Shown here in pieces: positions 10,649 to 18,349 of a stretch of DNA of 64,000 nt (its first letter is position 1; every line of letters begins with the position of its first letter). This stretch comes from Nocardioides sp. (GTDB lineage Bacteria; Actinomycetota; Actinomycetes; Propionibacteriales; Nocardioidaceae). Location of the stretch: the NCBI RefSeq assembly GCF_041393715.1, contig NZ_JAWKJQ010000006.1, positions 76,680 through 140,679 of the forward strand, read 5' to 3'. The position numbers and the translations under genes are program-made. The notes under the pieces were generated by a model, which was not told the origin of the DNA, did not search any database, and saw only the letters and a program-made list of their open reading frames with translations.

Positions 10649-12306
10649 CAGGCTCCCAGGCTGCGCACCCGCAGCCGCTCCACCGCGAGCATCACGACAG
10701 CGGTGGTGGCGGCGAGCACCACCGAGGCCGCGAGCGCCATCTCGGCATTGAGGTCGCCCGGGCGGCCCAGCAGCCGGTAGATCACGACCGGCAGCGTCGG
10801 GTGGTCCTCGCGCACCAGGAACGAGGTCGCACCGAACTCCCCGAGGGACACCGCGAAGGCGAACCCCGCGGCTGCGAGCAGGGGCCGCCACACCACCGGG
10901 AGGTCGACGGTCAGGGCCACCCGCCACGGCGGTGCGCCCAGCGACGCCGCCGCCTGTCGCTGCCGGTCGTCGATGCCACCCAGCGCCGGGGCCAGCGTGC
11001 GCACCACCAGCGGCAGGGCCACCAGCGCCTGCGCGATGGGCACCAGCAACGGGCTGTCGCGGAGGTCGAGCGGCGGCCGGTCGAGGGTGATCAGGAAGCC
11101 GAAGCCGACCATCACCGCGGAGACGCCGAGGGGCAGCATGAACAGCCCGTCGAGCAGGGCGCGGGTCCGGCGCTCTGCTCGGCTGCGGGAGCGACGGGTG
11201 ACCACGGCGGCGACCAGCAGACCGAGCAGCAGCGACATCCAGGTGGCGTCGACGGCCGTCCGCAGTGACGTGACCAACGCGTCCTGGACGGTGGCCGGCA
11301 GCACCGCCGTCGGGCGGGTCAGCGCGCGGTAGGCCGCGAGGCTCCACTCCCCCTCGACCCGCACCGACCCGACCACCAGCCCCGCCAGCGGTACGACGAC
11401 CAGCGCCAGCGGGACCAGCGACACCAGCACCGCGGGGAGGTCGCGGCGGCCCAGCTGCGGGGCGTGGCCGACCCGGTGCTCACGAGCGGGGTCGGCGGTG
11501 CGCCGCAGCCGCTGGGTGACCAGCAGCAGCGCCACCACGACCACCAGCTGCAACAGCGCCAGCGCGGCCGCCGCCTGCAGGTCGAGCAGGTTGGTCGTCA
11601 GGAGGTAGATCTCGGTCTCCACCGTGGAGTAGCGCAGCCCGCCGAGGGTGAGCACCACGCCGAACGCCGTGGCGCAGAACAGGAACACCACGCTGGCCGC
11701 CGACACCACGGCCGGGCGCAGCGCGGGCAGGGTCACCGTCCAGAGGACCTGGCGCGGGCTGGCGCCGAGCGCGGCGGCGGCCTCCGCGGGACGGGGGTCG
11801 AGCGACTCCCAGGTCGACCCGACGGCGCGCACCACGACGGCCACGTTGAAGAACACCAGTGCGGCCACGATCGCCGCCGCACTGCCGTCGAGGCCGAGCC
11901 CGCCCAGCGGGCCTCCGGTGGCCAGCAGCCGCCGGAACGCCACGCCGACCACCACGGTCGGCAGCACGAACGGCACCAGCAGGGCGGCCCGCAGCGCCCC
12001 CCGGCCGGGGAAGCGGCGGCGATAGAGCAGATGCGCCACCGGAAGCCCGAGCAGCACGGACAGCAGGGTGCCCAGGCCGGCCGACCACAGGGTGAACCAC
12101 AGCACCCGGTGCACCCGCGGCCGCCCGAACACCTCCACGACGCCGGCCAGGTCGAGGCTCCCGTCGGGCCACAGCCCACGCGCCAGCATGCCCGACACGG
12201 GCAGCACGAAGAACACTCCGAGCACCACCAGCGGCAGGGCCGCCAGCCCGAGCAGCGTGAGCAGGCGGGCGCCCTCGGCCCGGCTGCGCACGGTGAGTCC
12301 GCTCAC
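10645..12306 (-). CDS. thiP: Thiamine ABC transporter permease (two TM modules)
   Basis: Two EAA-like loops (EAAAALGAS, QAAASLGAP); GTGA overlap with thiB stop. Confidence 0.88.
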   Translation of the reverse strand: MSGLTVRSRAEGARLLTLLGLAALPLVVLGVFFVLPVSGMLARGLWPDGSLDLAGVVEVFGRPRVHRVLWFTLWSAGLGTLLSVLLGLPVAHLLYRRRFPGRGALRAALLVPFVLPTVVVGVAFRRLLATGGPLGGLGLDGSAAAIVAALVFFNVAVVVRAVGSTWESLDPRPAEAAAALGASPRQVLWTVTLPALRPAVVSAASVVFLFCATAFGVVLTLGGLRYSTVETEIYLLTTNLLDLQAAAALALLQLVVVVALLLVTQRLRRTADPAREHRVGHAPQLGRRDLPAVLVSLVPLALVVVPLAGLVVGSVRVEGEWSLAAYRALTRPTAVLPATVQDALVTSLRTAVDATWMSLLLGLLVAAVVTRRSRSRAERRTRALLDGLFMLPLGVSAVMVGFGFLITLDRPPLDLRDSPLLVPIAQALVALPLVVRTLAPALGGIDDRQRQAAASLGAPPWRVALTVDLPVVWRPLLAAAGFAFAVSLGEFGATSFLVREDHPTLPVVIYRLLGRPGDLNAEMALAASVVLAATTAVVMLAVERLRVRSLGAW

Positions 12307-13376
12307 CGGGTGGTGACGTCCTGCCAGGTCGTCAGCCACTCGTCGCGGTGGGCGTCGACCTCCGCAGGGTCCAGCGAGTACGGCGACGTCGGCCGCTTCG
12401 CGAACCTGGCCCAGTCGGCGGGCAGCTCGACGCCGTCGCGCACGGGGAAGACGTACATGCTCTCCGGAAGGGCGGCCTGCACCTCCGGGCTGAGCAGGAA
12501 GTCCAGGAACGCCCGCGCACCCGCCGGGTTGGCGGCGCCCGCCAGCACACCGGCGTACTCCACCTGCTGGAAGCAGGTGTCGAGCAGGGCCTTGGTCGTG
12601 CTCCGGCCGTTCTTGACGGTGAACGCCGGGGACGAGTCGTAGGACAGCACGATCGGCCGCGTGCCGTCGCCACCGCCCTGGGTGAAGTCGACGAAGTAGG
12701 CGTCGCTCCAGCCGCTGGTGATCCGGGTGCCGTTGGCCATCAGGGCGGACCAGTAGTCCGGCCAGGAGTCGCCTTCGGCCGCGATGGTGGTGAGCAGGAA
12801 GGCCATGCCCGGGGAGCTGGTCGGGGCGCCCGGGGTCACGAACAGGTCGCGGTAGGCCGGCTCGGTCAGGTCGGCGAGCGTGGCGGGCGGGGTGACGTGG
12901 TGGCTGCGGAACCAGGTGGTGTCGATGTTGACGCAGACGCTGCCGCTGTCGATCGGCAGCAGCCGGTCGCCGCCCTCGGGCAGGGCGTAGGCCTCGGCGC
13001 CCGGAGGAAGCGCCACGTCGGCGGGGTCGAAGACATCGGCGTCGAGGGCCCTCGAGGCGAAGGTGTTGTCGACGCCGAAGGCCACGTCGCCCGTCGGGCT
13101 GCCCTGGGTCAGCACCAGCTTGTTGGTGAGCGTGCCCGCGTCGCCGTTGGCGCGCACCTCGTGGGTGTAGCCGGTGGCGGCCTCGAACGCGCGGATCAGC
13201 TTCTTGGGCAGCGCGAACGACTCGTGGGTGACCAGCACGACGGGACCGCCCGCCGCCTCGCCGCTGGTGGCCGGAGCGCTCGGACCGTCGCTCTCGGCGG
13301 TCAGACTGCAGCTCGCGAGGGCGAGCGCGGCGACCGCGAGGAGCAGGCCCGTGCGGCGCGGACGTGGGTGACTCAT
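12303..13376 (-). CDS. thiB: Thiamine ABC transporter substrate-binding lipoprotein
   Basis: Lipobox LASC; THESF, GVDNTF, TSSPGMAFLL; lies downstream of a TPP riboswitch. Confidence 0.92.
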   Translation of the reverse strand: MSHPRPRRTGLLLAVAALALASCSLTAESDGPSAPATSGEAAGGPVVLVTHESFALPKKLIRAFEAATGYTHEVRANGDAGTLTNKLVLTQGSPTGDVAFGVDNTFASRALDADVFDPADVALPPGAEAYALPEGGDRLLPIDSGSVCVNIDTTWFRSHHVTPPATLADLTEPAYRDLFVTPGAPTSSPGMAFLLTTIAAEGDSWPDYWSALMANGTRITSGWSDAYFVDFTQGGGDGTRPIVLSYDSSPAFTVKNGRSTTKALLDTCFQQVEYAGVLAGAANPAGARAFLDFLLSPEVQAALPESMYVFPVRDGVELPADWARFAKRPTSPYSLDPAEVDAHRDEWLTTWQDVTTR

Positions 13377-13381
13377 GTCGA

Positions 13382-13466
13382 CTCCCTTCGCCGGTGCTAA
13401 CCGGATCAGGTTCGGAGGGTCTGCGGCGGTTCCGCACTCTCAGCCCGCGAGGGGCTCCCCTGTCTT
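13382..13466 (-). ncRNA. TPP riboswitch
   Basis: Minus strand GGGGAGC...GCTGAGAG...GACCCTCCGAACCTGATCCGGTTAGCACCGGCGAAGGGA directly upstream of thiB; TAGCAT -10 at 13476-13481. Confidence 0.95.
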
Positions 13467-13488
13467 GTGCCGGCCATGCTACCGGCCG

Positions 13489-13572
13489 CGTCACGGCGCA
13501 TCCCCGGCGCGCTCGCCTGCCGGTCACCGGCTGGTCACCGAATCGACCTCGCAGCGTGACTGCGCGGTCACC
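13489..13572 (+). promoter_or_regulatory. Candidate PHO box (PhoP-type 11-bp direct repeats)
   Basis: GGTCACC at 13522, 13533 and 13566, and CGTCACG at 13489; all in 11-bp phase, upstream of a secreted phosphoesterase. Confidence 0.5.
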
Positions 13573-13636
13573 CGGCGCCAGCAGACTGGCGAGCGCCCAG
13601 CCGACCCCGGCTCCGCCTCGAACCCCCGGAGGCCAT

Positions 13637-14650
13637 GTGTCCGTCCGCGCCACCACCCTCGCCGCCGCGTCCCTGCTCACCGCCGCCGTCCTGCTCCCGG
13701 GCTCGGCGTCGGCCGACGGCCCCGAGCGTCACGACTCGTCGTTCACCTTCGCCACCATCGGCGACATCCCCTACGGCGACGCCCAGATCGCCCACTTCCC
13801 GGCGGTCGTCGACCAGATCAACGCCGACCCCGACGTCCGCCTGGCCCTCCACCTCGGCGACATCAAGTCCGGCTCCAGCCTGTGCACCGACGACTACTTC
13901 GCGATGGTCCGCGGTCAGTTCGACCGGTTCGCGGACCCGCTGGTCTACACCCCCGGCGACAACGAGTGGACCGACTGCCACCGGCCCAACAACGGCGGCT
14001 ACGACCCGTTGGAGCGGCTCGCCGCGATCCGCCACGTGTTCTTCGACCACCCGGGCCGGACCCTCGGCCGCCCCATGAAGGTCGACGCCCAGACCCGTCG
14101 GGGCCTGCCGGAGAACGTCGTGTTCGAGCGCGCCGACGTGGTCTTCGCCGATGTCCACGTCGTCGGGAGCAACAACAGCCTGGACCCCTGGACCGGCAAC
14201 ACCGAGCCCACTCCGCAGCAGCTCGTGGAGGAGCGGCGTCGGACCGCCGGCGACCTGGCCCTGATCCGCCAGGCGTTCCGCGAGGCCCGGCAGGAGCACG
14301 CCGCGGGCGTGGTGCTGGCCATGCAGGCCGACATGTTCGACCCGACGGTGCCCGACCCGGTCTTCGAGGAGTGGTCGGCCTTCCAGCCGATCGCGCGCAC
14401 GATCGCCGCCGAGTCGGCGCGCTTCGGCGGGCCGGTGCTGCTGCTGAACGGCGACAGCCACGCCTACCACGTCGACCAGCCGCTCGCCGCCGGCTCGTTC
14501 TGGAGCGACTTCTACGACGTCCGCACCCCCGCGCCCAACCTGACCCGGGTCACCATCGACGGGTCGACCGGGGTGAACGACTGGCTCAAGGTGACCGTCG
14601 ACAAGGACACCCCGACGGTCTTCTCCTGGGAGGTCGTGCCCTTCTCCTGA
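13637..14650 (+). CDS. Secreted calcineurin-like metallophosphoesterase
   Basis: Signal peptide; GDIPY, HLGDIK, TPGDNEWTDC, GDSH metal-binding motifs. Confidence 0.82.
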   Translation: MSVRATTLAAASLLTAAVLLPGSASADGPERHDSSFTFATIGDIPYGDAQIAHFPAVVDQINADPDVRLALHLGDIKSGSSLCTDDYFAMVRGQFDRFADPLVYTPGDNEWTDCHRPNNGGYDPLERLAAIRHVFFDHPGRTLGRPMKVDAQTRRGLPENVVFERADVVFADVHVVGSNNSLDPWTGNTEPTPQQLVEERRRTAGDLALIRQAFREARQEHAAGVVLAMQADMFDPTVPDPVFEEWSAFQPIARTIAAESARFGGPVLLLNGDSHAYHVDQPLAAGSFWSDFYDVRTPAPNLTRVTIDGSTGVNDWLKVTVDKDTPTVFSWEVVPFS

Positions 14651-14679
14651 GGCACTCCCCCACGCGGCCGTCCGCCTCC

Positions 14680-15551
14680 TCACCGGTGGAGGCGGACGGC
14701 CGTCGCCACTCCCTGGAGCTTGTCGGGGTTGCGCATCAGGTAGAACGCGACCACCTGTCCGTCGACGACGTCGATGCTCGCGACCAGCGCGAGCTCACCA
14801 CCCACCTCGACGCGCACGCCGGGGCCGCCGTTGACCTCGAGCGGGGTGGCGGTGAACGGCCCCTGCATCGCCAGCCCGGCAAGGAACCGGGACACCTTGT
14901 CGCGGCCGACCACCGGGCGCAGCGCCGCCGACACCCGGCCGCCGCCGTCACTGGTCAGGACCACGTCGGGCGCCAGCACGTCGAGCAGCGCCTGGAGGTC
15001 ACCGGTGACGGTGGCGCGGAGGAAGCGGTCGACCACCGCCCGCCCCTCCGCCGGGTCGACCCGCCGGCGCGGCCGCCGGGCGGCCACGTGCTCCCGGGCC
15101 CGGTGCGCGATCTGCCGCACGGCCGCGGGCGTCTTGTCGAGCGCGGCCGCGATCTCGTCGTACTCCACGGCGAAGACCTCCCGGAGCACGAACACCGCGC
15201 GCTCGGTGGGGGTCAGGCTCTCGAGGACCAGCAGCATCGCGGTGGACACGCTGTCGGCGAGCTCGAGGTCGTCGGCGACGTCGTGCGTGGTCACCAGCGG
15301 CTCCGGCAGCCACGGGCCGACGTAGGACTCGCGGCGCCGCGCCACCGTGCGGAGCCGGTTGAGCGCCTGCCGGGTCACGACCCGGACCAGGTAGGCACGG
15401 GGTCGCGCACGTCGGCCTGGTCCACCTCGGCCCAGCGCAGCCAGGCCTCCTGCACCACGTCCTCGGCGTCGGCCGCGGTGCCGAGCAGCTCGTAGGCGAC
15501 GGTGAACAGCAGGCCACGGTGCTCGACGAAGGGGTCCACCGTGGCGCTCAC
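14680..15551 (-). pseudogene. ECF sigma factor, SigJ/ECF41 type with SnoaL-like C-terminus; apparent -1 frameshift at 15399-15402
   Basis: DAEDVVQEAWLRW in one frame; RAYLVRVVTRQALN, WLPEP, LAPDVVL..DGGG and NPDKL in another; adding one base to a 4-nt G/C run joins them. Confidence 0.82.
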
Positions 15552-16156
15552 CCGGCCGAGGGTACGGCGGCCGGTGCCGGTGGGCGCGCGGCGGCCAGCG
15601 GCAGCTCGCACACGTCGGAGAACCCCTGGCTGGTCAGCCCGGCGGTGGCGTTGACCCGGGAGCGCATGTTCTCCAGAGCCACCATCTGGGTCAGCTCGAC
15701 GACGGCCGGCACCCCCAGCTGCTCGATCAGGCCGGCCACCATCTCGTCGGTGACGGTCGGTGGGGTCGCCGTCATCGCCTCGGCGTAGCCCATCACGTCG
15801 CGCTCGAGGTCGGTGAACGCGTCCGAGTCGCGCCAGCGCGGCACCTCCCGCACCGTGGCCTCGTCGAGACCGTCGTGATGGGCGAGGTAGTAGCCGAAGT
15901 CCAGGCACCACGAGCAGCCGATCGAGGCCGCGCTGGCCATCACGGCATAGGCCTTGAGGTGCGCGTCGAGCTCGTCGAAGCGGGCCACGGCGCGCTCGAG
16001 GCGGAGCAGCGCCCGGACCAGCGGCCGGTGGTGCCACCACACGCGCACGGTGTCGGGCACCTGCCCGTAGGTGCGGCGGGCCAGCGCGGCCACCAGCCGG
16101 CCCCCGGGACCGTCGAGGGTGGCGGCCGGGATGCGGAAGGTGCTCGGTGTGGTCAT
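15548..16156 (-). CDS. Carboxymuconolactone decarboxylase/AhpD-family protein
   Basis: ASIGCSWCLDFG CxxC motif; translationally coupled to the ECF41 sigma gene. Confidence 0.85.
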   Translation of the reverse strand: MTTPSTFRIPAATLDGPGGRLVAALARRTYGQVPDTVRVWWHHRPLVRALLRLERAVARFDELDAHLKAYAVMASAASIGCSWCLDFGYYLAHHDGLDEATVREVPRWRDSDAFTDLERDVMGYAEAMTATPPTVTDEMVAGLIEQLGVPAVVELTQMVALENMRSRVNATAGLTSQGFSDVCELPLAAARPPAPAAVPSAG

Positions 16157-16206
16157 GGGTTCCTCCTGGGTCGGCGATGCGGTGGTGGTGCGAACGTCGC
16201 CCACCA

Positions 16207-16233
16207 GACACCGCTCGCCGCCCGCGTGTGACA
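16207..16233 (-). promoter_or_regulatory. ECF41-type promoter
   Basis: TGTCACA-N16-TGTC on the minus strand upstream of the CMD gene; matches the known ECF41 TGTCACA-n16-CGTC pattern at all but one base. Confidence 0.75.
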
Positions 16234-16276
16234 GCCCGTGGAGATGCGGGGTTGCGCCGATCCCTAGGGTGGGCCC

Positions 16277-17176
16277 GTGCCCAGCGCCCTCCACCAGCTC
16301 TATGTCACCGCGATCCCCCGGCTGTTCGAGTCGGGCGAGCTGGTGGACGTGGAGACCGAGCGCGCCGGCATCCTCGACCTGCAGCGACGCCGGCCGCAGG
16401 GGCTGCCGACCTGGGCGGTCCCGCGCTTCGCGCGGCGCTTCTCCGTGGAGGAACAGGACGCCGGCGGCTTCCCGTCGTACGTCATCACGCCGCGGGGCCG
16501 GCGGGTGCGCCGGACGGTGGTGCTGCTGCACGGCGGCGCCTACGTCGCGCCGATCGACGCCCTGCACGTGCGCTACGGCCTGCGGCTGGCTCGTCGGCTG
16601 GGCGCCCGGCTGGTGCTGCCCGACTACCCGCTGGCCCCCGAGCACACCTGGCGCGACTCCCACGACCAGCTCGTCGACCTGGTCGCCCACTGGTCCGCCG
16701 AGCCCGGGGGCGCGATCCTCGTCGGCGACTCGGCCGGGGGCGGCCTGGCGCTGGCCGTCGCGCAGTCGGTGCGCGACCGCGGCGGGCCGCAGCCGTCGCG
16801 GATGGTGCTGCTCTCGCCCTGGGCCGACCTGACGATGAGCGCGCCGGACACCGAGGACTACGACCGCCGCGACCCGTGGCTCTTCCTCAGCAAGGCGCAC
16901 GCCTACGGCCGGTTCTGGGCCGGGGCCGACGAGCTGGACCGCTACGAGGTGAGCCCGGCGCTGGGCGACCTGTCCGGGCTGCCGCCGACGCTGCTGCAGT
17001 TCGGCGGCCGCGAGCTGCTGACGCCCACCTGCCGGATGCTTGCGCGCCGCGCCCCCGAGGCCGGGTGGCGACTCACCGCGCTGGAGGAGCCCGGCGCCCT
17101 GCACGTCTATGCGCTGATGCCCGGGCTGTCCGAGGGCCGCCGCGCGCTGCGCCGGGCCGTGGAGTTCTGCCGGTGA
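16277..17176 (+). CDS. Alpha/beta hydrolase (HSL-family esterase)
   Basis: LLHGGAYV oxyanion motif, GDSAGG nucleophile elbow. Confidence 0.88.
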   Translation: MPSALHQLYVTAIPRLFESGELVDVETERAGILDLQRRRPQGLPTWAVPRFARRFSVEEQDAGGFPSYVITPRGRRVRRTVVLLHGGAYVAPIDALHVRYGLRLARRLGARLVLPDYPLAPEHTWRDSHDQLVDLVAHWSAEPGGAILVGDSAGGGLALAVAQSVRDRGGPQPSRMVLLSPWADLTMSAPDTEDYDRRDPWLFLSKAHAYGRFWAGADELDRYEVSPALGDLSGLPPTLLQFGGRELLTPTCRMLARRAPEAGWRLTALEEPGALHVYALMPGLSEGRRALRRAVEFCR

Positions 17177-17610
17177 CCGTCGCGGTCGCGACGTCGACGT
17201 TCGCCGAGCTCGACCCGCGGACGGCCTATGAGCTCTGGCGGCTGCGGCAGCAGGTCTTCGTGGTGGAGCAGGCCTGCCCCTACCCCGACCTGGACGGCCG
17301 CGACACCGAGCCGGAGACCCGGCACCTGCTGCTCCACGACGACGGTGCGCTGGTCGGGTGCCTGCGGCTGCTCGACGACGGCGACGCGCTGCGCATCGGC
17401 CGGGTGGTGGTGGCCCCGGAGGCCCGCGGCCGCGGGCTCGCGGCGCTGCTGATGGAGGAGGCGCTGCGAGCGGTCGGCGAGCGCCGGGTGCGTCTCGACG
17501 CGCAGACCGGCCTCGCCGAGTGGTACGCCGGCTTCGGCTTCGCCGCCACCGGCCCCGCCTTCGACGAGGACGGCATCATGCACCTGCCGATGGAGCGACC
17601 CGGCGGGTGA
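17173..17610 (+). CDS. GNAT N-acetyltransferase (ElaA-like)
   Basis: LRQQVFVVEQACPYPDLDGRD, RIGRVVV, RGRGLA; GTGA overlap. Confidence 0.88.
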   Translation: MTVAVATSTFAELDPRTAYELWRLRQQVFVVEQACPYPDLDGRDTEPETRHLLLHDDGALVGCLRLLDDGDALRIGRVVVAPEARGRGLAALLMEEALRAVGERRVRLDAQTGLAEWYAGFGFAATGPAFDEDGIMHLPMERPGG

Positions 17611-17624
17611 CCCGCACGACACGA

Positions 17625-17656
17625 CGAGGCCCCCGCCGGTTCCGGCAGGGGCCTCG
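17625..17656. terminator. Hairpin between convergent genes
   Basis: CGAGGCCCCCGCCGG-TT-CCGGCAGGGGCCTCG. Confidence 0.6.
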
Positions 17657-17671
17657 TGCGGGGCTGGTCGG

Positions 17672-18226
17672 TCAGCCGAAGTGCAGCCACCCGGTGTTGA
17701 CGCCGCAGCTGAGCTTGGTGTTGACGCAGGCGTAGTCGTTGCCGTTGTAGTTGACCCCCCGCGAGCCGATCACCATCTTGGTGCTGCTGAGCTTCCAGGT
17801 CACCGTCTCCTGGACGTAGAAGTAGCCGGAGCCGACGTTCCAGGTGACGCCCTGGGGCCGGACGGTCTTGGCGTAGCCGAGGTAGGCGCTGCGGTTGACG
17901 GTGCTGATCTTGGCCCAGCTGCTGCCGGTCCAGCGGTAGAGGCGGTACTGCACCGCAACCTCCTGCGCGGCCGTTGCGCTGGACGAGCGGCCGACCGTCG
18001 GGCCGTAGACCACGAGCTGGCGCTGGTAGCAGGTGCCGACCGGGGCACAGGTGTTCACCGTCTTGCCCTGCACCTGGTAAGGCGTGATCGAGCCGGGCGT
18101 GCCGGAGGCGCCGTACAGCTGGACGGCCTGGGCGGCGGAGCCGAGGTTGGTGGCCAGGAAGGCGGCGACGACGGCGACGAGCAGGGCGAGCGAGCGACCG
18201 AGCGTGTGACGGATCTTGGTGTTCAT
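17672..18226 (-). CDS. Hypothetical secreted protein (paralog-like to 39097..39714)
   Basis: Signal peptide ending AAQA; basic, beta-rich mature region with two Cys pairs; AGGAG RBS. Confidence 0.75.
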   Translation of the reverse strand: MNTKIRHTLGRSLALLVAVVAAFLATNLGSAAQAVQLYGASGTPGSITPYQVQGKTVNTCAPVGTCYQRQLVVYGPTVGRSSSATAAQEVAVQYRLYRWTGSSWAKISTVNRSAYLGYAKTVRPQGVTWNVGSGYFYVQETVTWKLSSTKMVIGSRGVNYNGNDYACVNTKLSCGVNTGWLHFG

Positions 18227-18268
18227 CAGGTTCTCCTTGGTTGGGGCCCCGGCGGGGCTGGTGGGATG

Positions 18269-18301
18269 AATCTGTCGCCCGGCGCTTAGCAACGGCTTAG
18301 C
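18269..18301 (-). promoter_or_regulatory. SARP-type operator/promoter 1
   Basis: GCTAAGC-N4-GCTAAGC-N9-CAGATT on the minus strand. Confidence 0.75.
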
Positions 18302-18349
18302 GCCGGGAACGTGCTGTGGACGTGGGCCGAGGAACGGGTCGACCAGGGG

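Noticed and set aside
10645-13680. 1011-aa ORF suggesting a fused transporter
   Set aside because: The upstream part is Arg/Gly-rich out-of-frame read-through over thiB; the permease starts at GTG 12306.
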